The position numbers and the translations under genes were made by a program. A DNA stretch of 63,738 nucleotides, the filler included. It is 5 parts of 5 records of this genome, joined end to end, with 100 filler letters (N's around TTAATTAATTAA, not from the genome) between each part and the next. Parts side by side here need not be neighbours in the genome. Positions count along the whole stretch, not along the records: positions 35,151 to 49,225 come from SRR31156797_1815; positions 49,326 to 57,478 come from SRR31156797_1819; positions 57,579 to 63,738 come from SRR31156797_1857; 2 more parts are not named here. One strand, 5' to 3'. A model generated the notes under the pieces. It saw nothing but the letters and a program-made list of their open reading frames with translations, did no database searches and was not told the DNA's origin. Each line of letters starts with the position of its first letter. The stretch's first letter is position 1. This document shows, one piece after another, positions 48,623-57,579 of the stretch.

Positions 48623-49225
48623 ATGAAAAACAAAGTGAAAAAAATTTTAACAATGGGAGCTGTTCTACTGCTAAGTGCTTATTGTACTCAAGAAGTAGCA
48701 AAAGCAGATATGAGGGATATTAAGTCTCTTGAATTATCAGAACCATATTACTTCCCGGAAGAAGCGGAGGAACATGAAGCAACTTGGTTACAATGGCCAC
48801 ATAGGCATACAAATGATGAAGAAATATTATCAAATCTAGATCCGATTTGGATAAGTATGACTTCTGCACTGACAAAAGGTGAAAATGTGCATATAGTAGT
48901 TTATGACAATTATGAACTTGATAGAGTTAGCAATCTATTATATGAAGCAGATGTTGATATGTCTAAAGTAAAATTCTTTAAGGAACAAGTAGAGGATATT
49001 TGGGCTAGAGACACAGGCCCTGTATTCGTTAAGGATGCTAGAGGAAATGATGTGATTTTAGATTTTGGTTATAATGAATATGGTAAGGGAAAAGTAAATA
49101 ATTTCTCAGATGATTTACCAACGAAATTAGCTAAACAGTTAGGTTTAAAGTCAGTAGATTTAGGCGGACTTGTCATTGAAGGCGGATGTATGGAATTTGA
49201 TGGTAACGGAACATTTATGGGAACT
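48623..49225 (+). CDS. Agmatine/peptidylarginine deiminase family protein with a signal peptide (partial, contig end)
   Basis: FPEEAEEHEATWLQWP, WARDTGP, IEGG..EFDGNGT. Confidence 0.85.
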
Positions 49226-49325
49226 NNNNNNNNNNNNNNNNNNNNNNNNNNNNNNNNNNNNNNNNNNNNTTAATTAATTAANNNNNNNNNNNNNNNNNNN
49301 NNNNNNNNNNNNNNNNNNNNNNNNN
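49226..49325. other. Artificial contig spacer
   Basis: N-run with TTAATTAATTAA. Confidence 0.98.
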
Positions 49326-49490
49326 CATTTGTGAATCATTCATGTGGTTTCCTGAATTATTAATATGGTTTTTTTGAACCTGCTGTTTTTGGTTCATCAT
49401 CTGATTACTGCTACCTTGATTCATTCCATGAGCTAATGCTATGGAAGCGAATACTCCTACCCCAACAGCTGTTAATAATAGTCTTCTCAT
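49326..49490 (-). CDS. Exported protein with an M/N/Q/H-rich N-terminus (partial)
   Basis: Signal peptide ending ALA; runs off the contig end. Confidence 0.6.
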
Positions 49491-49571
49491 TACAAATCCT
49501 TTTTCTTTTTAGAACTATTGTAAAACTCTAATGAGGAAAAAGTGTGTAAATTCATAATATAAAAAATATTT

Positions 49572-50279
49572 TTATATTACTAATGTTGAAACCAATCCTA
49601 TTAGTCCACCAAACACTGCACCCCAAATAACAAGCCATCCTAAGTGCTCTTTTATCATATTTTGAACTAATTCTTTTACCATTTTTGGTGTTAATTCATC
49701 TAATCTTGCATTTACTATTTTGCTTAACTTTTCATATACATCTTCACTTAAATCTTCAGATGTTAAAGCTTCATTTACAACAGCTTGAAAAGAGTCAGTT
49801 TGAGAAATTTTTACTATTGAAGCCTTTAGTTTTTCTACAAAAGGCTCTTTTAGTGGCTCTAATGCTGCTTCACCACCAAACATTCCTAGCATACCACCAA
49901 AAGGTGACTCTATAACTGATTCTTTTAAAGAGTCATAAGCAGGTGTAAAGTCCGTTTTATTTAATAGTTTTTCAAAATCAATTGTACTTTTTGCACTTGA
50001 TACTTCATCTTTAAAGAAGTTTGTTAAGTTCTCTTTTGTAAAAAACTCATTCATAAGTAAGTTATGGATTGCATGTTTAAAAGCTTCAAACTTTTTTTCA
50101 ATAACACCACTTCCATATAAAAATGGCACCTTTTCAAAAAGCATATGAATAGCCAAAGTATTTGTAATAGCACCACTTAAGGCAAACAGTCCAACCATAA
50201 AAATAGTATGGTTATCATTTGAATAACCAAATGCCATAATAAGTAAAGTCACTAAATTTGTAATATCACTTCTACTCAT
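49572..50279 (-). CDS. DUF445-family membrane protein
   Basis: SGAITNTLAIHMLF, GSGVI, HLGWLVIWGAVFGGLIG. Confidence 0.85.
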   Translation of the reverse strand: MSRSDITNLVTLLIMAFGYSNDNHTIFMVGLFALSGAITNTLAIHMLFEKVPFLYGSGVIEKKFEAFKHAIHNLLMNEFFTKENLTNFFKDEVSSAKSTIDFEKLLNKTDFTPAYDSLKESVIESPFGGMLGMFGGEAALEPLKEPFVEKLKASIVKISQTDSFQAVVNEALTSEDLSEDVYEKLSKIVNARLDELTPKMVKELVQNMIKEHLGWLVIWGAVFGGLIGLVSTLVI

Positions 50280-50430
50280 AAACGCCTCCTTATTTTATTT
50301 TGGGATTTTATCATAATTTACGTAATTTATTTATTACCCTATTCCTCTTAAAAAAAGTAACCACTTAAATAAAACCATGTAACTCATTTGTAATGCATTT
50401 ATTTTAAAATTTCCAAACTAAGGAGTAAAA

Positions 50431-52137
50431 ATGATAGATGTTCAAAAAGAGATAGCAAAGAAGTTTCCAAATATAAATAAAAACCCAAGCTTCTTGAAAA
50501 AATCTTTAATTAACATTGCAAAAAAAGTTGTACATGAAAACTCAATAAATGAATTTTTAGAAAAACACTCACACCTAAAAGGTTTTGAGTTTGTTGATGC
50601 TGTATTAGACTATTTTAACTTTGACTATACAGTTTCAAGTAATGATTTACAAAACATTCCAAGTACTGGAAAAGTAGTAATTATTGCTAACCACCCACTT
50701 GGCGGACTAGATGCTTTATCTTTATTAAAACTTGTTGGAACAATTAGAACTGATGTAAAGATTGTTGCAAATGATTTTTTAGTTGGAATTGATGCTTTAA
50801 AATCACTTTTCATTCCAATTGATAACTATAAAATGAGACAATCAAAAAAAGATATCCAATCAGTTTACAATGCTTTAAACAATGATGAAGCTGTGATTAT
50901 ATTCCCAGCAGGAGAAGTTAGCCGTGCTAGTGCAAAAGGAGTGAAAGATCCTTCTTGGAACAAAGGTTTTTTAAACTTTGCAATAAATACAAATGCTCCA
51001 ATCTTACCTATTTTTATTGGTGGCAAAAACTCTAAAACTTTTTATACTATGTCGGTTTTAAATAAAACATTCTCAACACTTCTACTTTCCCATGAGATGT
51101 TTAAAAAGAAATCAACAAATATAAATATAAAGATAGGACAGATTATTCCAAATGAGAATATTAAACCAAAAGGTTTAGATAAAAAATATCTTGTAAATAT
51201 TTATAAAAAGCATCTTTATGCCCTAAAAAAAGGAAAGAAGTCATTCTTTGAAACACAAAAAGCTATTGCTCATCCTCAGAAAAAAGAGGACATTATAAAA
51301 GAGCTTAAAAAATCAAAGCTAATAGGTGAAACAAAAGACGGCAAAAAAATCTACCTTTATGATTATGAAGAGGACTCTGTAGTTTTAAAAGAGTTAGGAA
51401 GACTAAGGGAACTATCTTTTAGAAAAGTCGGTGAAGGTATTAATAAAAAAAGAGATACAGATAAGTATGATATTTATTATCAACACATCATTCTTTGGGA
51501 TGAAAATGACTTAGAGATAATTGGTTCATATAGAATAGGAAATGGTAAATTTATCAATGAAAATCTTGGAGTAAAAGGTTTTTACTCTAATACTTTGTTT
51601 AAATATAACAATAGATTTATTCCATATTTAAAAGACTCAATAGAGCTTGGAAGAAGTTTTGTACAACCAAAATATTGGGGAACAAGAGCCTTAGACTATC
51701 TTTGGTATGGAATTGGAGCATATTTAAAAAATCATCCTGAAATAAAATATATGTTTGGTCCTGTATCAATCTCAGGAAATTTCCCGAGTGCAGCAAAAGA
51801 TTTAATGGTATTTCACTATTCATACTACTATGCAAATGATGAAGAGATGGTTGAAGCTAAAATACCATATCAATACTCTTCTCATAGTTTAGATTTAAGG
51901 TCAATCTTTGAATATAAAAGTAGAAAAGAGGACTTTAAAATTTTAAAGTCAAGTCTAAATAGTATTGGAGTTGCGGTTCCTACATTATTTAAACAGTACT
52001 CAGATATTTGTGAAGAAGGTGGTGTTAAGTTTTTAGGCTTTAATGTTGACCCTGACTTTTCAGATTGTTTAGATGGTTTTATTTTAGTTGATGTAGAAAA
52101 AATAAAAGATAGTGCAAGAAAAAGATATATAGGTTAA
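50431..52137 (+). CDS. Bifunctional PlsC-type plus GNAT acyltransferase (OlsF-like amino-lipid synthase)
   Basis: NHPLGGLD (HxxxxD) and FPAGEVS; C-terminal ELGRLRELSFR, ELGRSFVQP, FNVDPDFSDCLDG. Confidence 0.8.
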   Translation: MIDVQKEIAKKFPNINKNPSFLKKSLINIAKKVVHENSINEFLEKHSHLKGFEFVDAVLDYFNFDYTVSSNDLQNIPSTGKVVIIANHPLGGLDALSLLKLVGTIRTDVKIVANDFLVGIDALKSLFIPIDNYKMRQSKKDIQSVYNALNNDEAVIIFPAGEVSRASAKGVKDPSWNKGFLNFAINTNAPILPIFIGGKNSKTFYTMSVLNKTFSTLLLSHEMFKKKSTNINIKIGQIIPNENIKPKGLDKKYLVNIYKKHLYALKKGKKSFFETQKAIAHPQKKEDIIKELKKSKLIGETKDGKKIYLYDYEEDSVVLKELGRLRELSFRKVGEGINKKRDTDKYDIYYQHIILWDENDLEIIGSYRIGNGKFINENLGVKGFYSNTLFKYNNRFIPYLKDSIELGRSFVQPKYWGTRALDYLWYGIGAYLKNHPEIKYMFGPVSISGNFPSAAKDLMVFHYSYYYANDEEMVEAKIPYQYSSHSLDLRSIFEYKSRKEDFKILKSSLNSIGVAVPTLFKQYSDICEEGGVKFLGFNVDPDFSDCLDGFILVDVEKIKDSARKRYIG

Positions 52138-52140
52138 GGT

Positions 52141-53940
52141 CTATATATCTTCTACTTTTGCTTTAATAATAAACTTTGCACCTTCATCATAAATATAATC
52201 AATAGAACCAAAAAGCTGGAACCTAACAATAGTATTTATAAGTTTTAAACCTAATGTTTTAGTATGAAGTTCATCAAATTCACCTTCTAAACCTTTACCA
52301 TTATCTTTTACACTCATAATTAAAGTCTCTTTATCTTTTGTAATCTCTATATCTAATTTTGCATCTTCATTTTTACAAAATGCATATTTGAAAGAGTTTG
52401 TTATTAACTCATTTAAAATCAAACCACAAGGCATAGCTTTTTCTATATTTAATTTTATCTCTTCCATTTTAATTGAAACAGCTACTTTATTGTTCATATC
52501 ATAAGAGTGAGCTATTGTTGATACTAAATCTTTTACATAGGTTTTAAAAGGTATATCATTTATATTTTCAGATTCATAAAGTTTTCTATGTAAAAGTTCC
52601 ATTGTAAAAATTCTTTCTTGAATATCTTTTAGAACTTTTCTTGTTTTTTCATCTTGTACATCTTCTTCTTGAAGTTCAATCAAACCAATTGTTAAAGCAA
52701 GATTGTTTTTAACTCTATGGTGAATCTCTTTTAAAAGTAACTCTTTTTCTTCTAGTGATTTTGTTATCTCTTTTGTTTTCTCTTCAACTTTTTTATCTAA
52801 GGTTTTAATATTATTTTCAAAAAGCTCTAACATAGAATCAAAAGCATGACCTAAGATACCAATATCATCATCACCATTAACCCTACTTCTTATATTTTTT
52901 TTACCTTGATTTACCTCTATTGCAGCTCTTGTAATTTTGTCAATATTTTTTAATATCCTTCTAAATAAAAATAGAATCAATAAAAAACTAATTGCAATAG
53001 TAAGTAGAGTTTCATTTAGTAAAACAATAATATCTTCACTATTTTTATTTATTATCTCTTCTTTATTTATACTATGGATTAAAATAAAATATCTATTGTT
53101 CTTTGCATTAGGACTTAGGTTTATAACCCAAGTTAAAACCTCTTTTCCATCTATTTTATGAGATATTGGTTTTTTTTCATCTGCTTCTAAAAGCTCTTTT
53201 AAACTTAAATCTCCTATTGGAAGATTTTTAACATTGGACAAATTACTTAGGGTATATCTACTTTTTCTTATATTTATATCATTTGAATATAAAGGAGTAT
53301 CATACTCTTTAAACTCTGGATTAAGCCAAAAAAGTGCTGTCTTTGCTTCACTTAAACTTGTTCCAAATACAAGTTTTTCATGGAAATGTTTTTTTAACTC
53401 TTTTTCAAAAGGAGAGTGTCCAGGGTTTAAGCTACTATGACTACAAGCAAGAACTATATTGTTTTTATTATCTAAAGGAAAATTATAGTGATAAGTTTTT
53501 TGTTTTCTATATGCTTTTGAAGGATTATTTTTTACTCTTACCGTCCATTCTTTATAAGTTTTTGATTCATCAAAGTTTTCTATTTGAAAGGAACAGCCTT
53601 TTATATACTCATTTTTACTAAGATATGATAGAAGTTCTTCTTTAGAAAAAGAGTTTAAAAGCTTTTCATTTTGTAAAAACTCATTTGCAATCTTATTTTG
53701 AGTAAGCTCTCTTTCAAGGTTTGCTTGCATACCAATAGATTTACCAATAATCATAAATTGATTTTTTATAATCATCAAAGTTCTAGTAATATGTTCTATT
53801 ACATCTTTTTCATTTTCACTATGAATTTTAGGAATTGTTAATGCAGTTCTTATTCCATATATAAATATAAGCATAAGAAAAAATGAGAAAATCACCTTTG
53901 TAGTAAAGGAGTAGTTTTTTAGTTTAAATATCCTCGCCAA
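52141..53940 (-). CDS. Sensor histidine kinase (HAMP plus HisKA_2/HWE-type)
   Basis: Two TM segments, HAMP, EIHHRVKNNL, NELITNSFKYAF, DNGKG. Confidence 0.9.
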   Translation of the reverse strand: MARIFKLKNYSFTTKVIFSFFLMLIFIYGIRTALTIPKIHSENEKDVIEHITRTLMIIKNQFMIIGKSIGMQANLERELTQNKIANEFLQNEKLLNSFSKEELLSYLSKNEYIKGCSFQIENFDESKTYKEWTVRVKNNPSKAYRKQKTYHYNFPLDNKNNIVLACSHSSLNPGHSPFEKELKKHFHEKLVFGTSLSEAKTALFWLNPEFKEYDTPLYSNDINIRKSRYTLSNLSNVKNLPIGDLSLKELLEADEKKPISHKIDGKEVLTWVINLSPNAKNNRYFILIHSINKEEIINKNSEDIIVLLNETLLTIAISFLLILFLFRRILKNIDKITRAAIEVNQGKKNIRSRVNGDDDIGILGHAFDSMLELFENNIKTLDKKVEEKTKEITKSLEEKELLLKEIHHRVKNNLALTIGLIELQEEDVQDEKTRKVLKDIQERIFTMELLHRKLYESENINDIPFKTYVKDLVSTIAHSYDMNNKVAVSIKMEEIKLNIEKAMPCGLILNELITNSFKYAFCKNEDAKLDIEITKDKETLIMSVKDNGKGLEGEFDELHTKTLGLKLINTIVRFQLFGSIDYIYDEGAKFIIKAKVEDI

Positions 53941-54658
53941 CTATTTTTACCCTATAACCTTCTTCATATAAATTCTCAAAAGGATTAAATCCTAGTTTTG
54001 TTTTAAGTCTATAAATCAAAGACCTCAGCTTTGATAAGTCATATACATCTTCTCGCCAAATAAAGTTAAAAATAGTATCAAAACTAACTACCTTACCAGC
54101 TTCTTTTGTTAATATCTCAAATAGTTTCTTTTCATTTCTTGTTAGTTTAAAAACCTCATCATTTACATATAATTCAGAAGTACTTCTATTATATTTAACA
54201 CTATTTTCTAAATATAAAAAATCATCTTTTATCTGCTTAAAACTTTTTTTATTTTTAAAAAAAAACTGGTGTTTATGCATTGCAGTATTTATTGCAACTT
54301 TTAGTTCTTCATTTCTACAAGGCTTTATTAAATATGCGTATGGCTCGGACTCAATAGCCTGATTTAAAATATTATCATTGTAGTATGAAGTTAAAAATAT
54401 TATAGGAATATTAAAATTTTTCCATAAATAGTTTGCAACATCTATTCCTGTTTTTTTAGCATTTAGATTTATATCAATAATTGCTATATCTGGAAAATTG
54501 TTTTGAGCGTGCAATATTGCATGGTCAGGAGAAGTAGCAATTCCACTTACATTTAGTCCTAACTTCTTTAATTTTAACTCCATCGCCATAGCTAAGATTG
54601 GTTCATCTTCAACCACAAGAACATCAAAATTTCTATTTGCTAATAAATTACTTGACAC
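53924..54658 (-). CDS. Response regulator with an OmpR-type winged-helix output
   Basis: VVEDE, IIDINL, FLTS, YLIKP; LTRNEKKL..GYR. Confidence 0.9.
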   Translation of the reverse strand: MSSNLLANRNFDVLVVEDEPILAMAMELKLKKLGLNVSGIATSPDHAILHAQNNFPDIAIIDINLNAKKTGIDVANYLWKNFNIPIIFLTSYYNDNILNQAIESEPYAYLIKPCRNEELKVAINTAMHKHQFFFKNKKSFKQIKDDFLYLENSVKYNRSTSELYVNDEVFKLTRNEKKLFEILTKEAGKVVSFDTIFNFIWREDVYDLSKLRSLIYRLKTKLGFNPFENLYEEGYRVKIVGEDI

Positions 54659-54683
54659 TTTTAAGCCTTTCTAATACTTATTA

Positions 54684-54763
54684 TGATAATTAGACTCAGT
54701 ATTGTATTGAAAAATTAATTAAATCTTACTTTTACAAATGATTTTGATAGCAATTATCAAAAT
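54684..54763 (+). promoter_or_regulatory. Fur-box-like sites upstream of the TonB-dependent receptor
   Basis: TGATAATTAGACTCA (54684-54698) and ATTTTGATA-GCAAT-TATCAAAAT (54741-54763), similar to TGATAATnATTATCA. Confidence 0.7.
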
Positions 54764-54826
54764 ATCATTTTTACATCATTTTTAATCAATACAATACGTT
54801 TACTAATTTTTTACACAAGGATTAAA

Positions 54827-57064
54827 ATGAATATAAAAAGAAAAAGTTTACTTTCATTAGTAGCAATTACAACATTGAGTAATCTTTATGCAAATGAGTC
54901 AAATCTTGGGGACATCACTGTAACTAGTGCTAGTGGATTTGAACAAAAGCTTGTAACAGCTCCTGCAAGTATTTCTGTAATCTCACAAGAAGATTTACAA
55001 AAGAAACCATATACAAACCTATTAGATGCAGTAAAAGACATCGAAGGTGTTGATATTGGAGAGAGTACTGATAAATCAGGTCAAGGTACTATTAGTATTA
55101 GAGGTATGGGTTCTGATTATACTCTTGTTCTAATTGATGGAAGAAAACAAAATAATAATGGTGATATCTATCCAAATAACTTTGGTGGTTTACAATTTGC
55201 TAATATTCCTCCGATATCTATGATTGAGAGAATTGAGGTTGTAAGAGGACCAATGAGTACACTTTATGGTGCTGATGCAATGGGTGGTGTTATTAATATC
55301 ATTACTAAAAAAATTCCAAATGAATGGACTGGTTCTATCACAAAAGGTCAAACATTCCAATCAAAAAGTTATTGGGGAAGTGAATCAACAACGGATGTTG
55401 CAATCATGGGTCCAATTATCAAAGATAAATTAGGAATTAGCCTTAGAGGAAGTTACTACGATAAAGAAGAGTCTCAACCACAATGGGACGCAGATACATT
55501 CAATAACAATGGAACAATAGAGGATTCAAGTAAATCAAATGATAGTTTTGCAGCAAGTGGTAAAACTATGGATAATCAAAACTGGACTTTAGGTGCAGGG
55601 TTAACATTCACTCCAAATGATAATCATACTATTAGAGCTGACTTTGATATTGCTAAACAAAAATATGACAATACAGAAGGTCAAGTAGGAACTCTTGATA
55701 CATATGAAACTTTATATGAAAGACAAAGAGTTGGTTATGCTGAATATCAAAGAATGCAAAGAGAACAATACTCTTTATCTTGGGAAGCAGATTGGAAAGT
55801 TGGTAAGAGTACAGTAGGTGTTCATCATATTGAAAGTGAAAACTTAGGAAGAAGCTTACCTTTAACAGCAGAACAAAGAAAATATATTGAAGACAATAAA
55901 GCAGGATGGGCAGATTTAGACGCAGCATTAGCTGATCCTTATTTTGCAGCACTTATGCCAAGACCAGCTAGAACATTAGAATCTAAAAACACAACATTTA
56001 GTGCAAAATATGAACTTCCTTTAGATAAGCATCATATTGTTGTTGGTGCAGAATACTTAAAAGCACAGATGACAGATGGTGTTTTTGGTATGAGTGAAGG
56101 AAAAACAAATGGTGAAAAAGAGTATTATCAATATGCCCTATTTGCTGAAGATAGTTGGAATTTAGCTGATTTATTAACTCTTACTGTTGGTGCAAGATAT
56201 GATAAGCATGAAGACTTTGGAAGCCATGTAAGTCCAAGAGCTTACTTAACTTATATTTTAAATGATAACTGGACTGTTAAAGGTGGTGTTGCAACAGGAT
56301 ATAAAACTCCTAAAACATCAGACTTACAAGAAGGTGTTACAGGATTTGGAGGACAAGGTACTTCTCCTTGGATTGGAAATCCTGATTTAAAACCAGAAGA
56401 GAGTTTAAGTAAAGAGATTGCTGTTTATTATGAACACCCTGATAGACACAACTTCAATGTAACTTTATTCCAAAATAACTTTAAAGATAAGATTGAAAGT
56501 GATGATGCTGTTGGTGGTATTTCTCAAGCTTGGGCTGATTTAGGTTATGACCCTAAGATGAAACAAAATGTTGGAAAAGCAGAAATCTTAGGACTTGAAT
56601 TAGCAGGTAAATACTTTATCTTAGATAACTTATCTATTAAAGCTAGTTGGACTTATATGGATTCTGAAATTGAATCAAATGAAGACTCAACAAATGGAAG
56701 ACCGCTTACAAGTAGTCCAAAACATATGTATAGTGCAACTTTAGACTATCAAGCAACTCCTAAGTTTAATACTTATTTACAATACAAAGGAGAGAAAGAT
56801 AGATTTAACACAAGATATGAAACTGCTAGTGGAGACTATAAAGACTTATATTACAAAGACTACTCAGTTTGGAATCTTGGAGCATCTTATAAAGTTGATA
56901 AAAACTTAACTGTAAATGGAAGAGTTAACAACTTATTAGATAAAGACTTCTTAGAGTATTCAGCGGTGGAAAAAGGTTCAGGAAGAACTCCATATTACTA
57001 TGACCAATACAGTAATATCACACCAAGTAGAAACTTTTGGATTAGTTTAAACTACACATTCTAA
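54827..57064 (+). CDS. TonB-dependent siderophore receptor (CfrA/IrgA/CirA-like)
   Basis: ITVTSASGFEQ TonB-box region, ERIEVVRGPMSTLYGADAMGGVINIITK, GNPDLKPEES, C-terminal YTF. Confidence 0.92.
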   Translation: MNIKRKSLLSLVAITTLSNLYANESNLGDITVTSASGFEQKLVTAPASISVISQEDLQKKPYTNLLDAVKDIEGVDIGESTDKSGQGTISIRGMGSDYTLVLIDGRKQNNNGDIYPNNFGGLQFANIPPISMIERIEVVRGPMSTLYGADAMGGVINIITKKIPNEWTGSITKGQTFQSKSYWGSESTTDVAIMGPIIKDKLGISLRGSYYDKEESQPQWDADTFNNNGTIEDSSKSNDSFAASGKTMDNQNWTLGAGLTFTPNDNHTIRADFDIAKQKYDNTEGQVGTLDTYETLYERQRVGYAEYQRMQREQYSLSWEADWKVGKSTVGVHHIESENLGRSLPLTAEQRKYIEDNKAGWADLDAALADPYFAALMPRPARTLESKNTTFSAKYELPLDKHHIVVGAEYLKAQMTDGVFGMSEGKTNGEKEYYQYALFAEDSWNLADLLTLTVGARYDKHEDFGSHVSPRAYLTYILNDNWTVKGGVATGYKTPKTSDLQEGVTGFGGQGTSPWIGNPDLKPEESLSKEIAVYYEHPDRHNFNVTLFQNNFKDKIESDDAVGGISQAWADLGYDPKMKQNVGKAEILGLELAGKYFILDNLSIKASWTYMDSEIESNEDSTNGRPLTSSPKHMYSATLDYQATPKFNTYLQYKGEKDRFNTRYETASGDYKDLYYKDYSVWNLGASYKVDKNLTVNGRVNNLLDKDFLEYSAVEKGSGRTPYYYDQYSNITPSRNFWISLNYTF

Positions 57065-57068
57065 ATTT

Positions 57069-57110
57069 TTAATGCCCAAGTCTTTTGCGAATTTTTGACT
57101 TGGGCATTAA
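57069..57110 (+). terminator. Stem-loop after the receptor gene (weak terminator or mRNA stabiliser)
   Basis: TTAATGCCCAAGTC...GACTTGGGCATTAA with no U-tract. Confidence 0.6.
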
Positions 57111-57137
57111 TACTATCATTAAAATAATGGAATCAAA

Positions 57138-57401
57138 ATGAATATACTTAGATTAATAACTGCATGTACTGGGGGATATTTATTAGCCTCCTTACTTACT
57201 GTAACTTTAAGCCTTGCACTACCTTTTTCAAATAAAATTGAAGCAATCTCTTTTGCAACAATGATTTCCTTTCTTGTTTGGTTAGGATTTATTATCTACT
57301 CATATAGCAATATCAAATTAAAAAGTTTAATTATACAACTTAGCCTAATTAGTGCAAATCTTTATTTAATAAATATTTGTCTTGCTGGAATAAAAGGGTA
57401 G
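57138..57401 (+). CDS. Small membrane protein (DUF3649-like iron-uptake accessory)
   Basis: RLITACTGGYLLA..EAISFATMISFLVW; lies between the receptor and PepSY-TM genes. Confidence 0.65.
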   Translation: MNILRLITACTGGYLLASLLTVTLSLALPFSNKIEAISFATMISFLVWLGFIIYSYSNIKLKSLIIQLSLISANLYLINICLAGIKG

Positions 57402-57403
57402 CC

Positions 57404-57478
57404 ATGAAAGAGAACTTTAATGAAACAATGAGATGGCTTCATACTTACAGTGGTTTAATTGTAGGTTGGCTTTTATTT
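57404..57478 (+). CDS. PepSY-associated TM helix protein (5' fragment)
   Basis: MKENFNETMRWLHTYSGLIVGWLLF matches the WLHxWxGL start of this family; cut by the contig end. Confidence 0.7.
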
Positions 57479-57578
57479 NNNNNNNNNNNNNNNNNNNNNN
57501 NNNNNNNNNNNNNNNNNNNNNNTTAATTAATTAANNNNNNNNNNNNNNNNNNNNNNNNNNNNNNNNNNNNNNNNNNNN
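57479..57578. other. Artificial contig spacer
   Basis: N-run with TTAATTAATTAA. Confidence 0.98.
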
Positions 57579-57579
57579 T

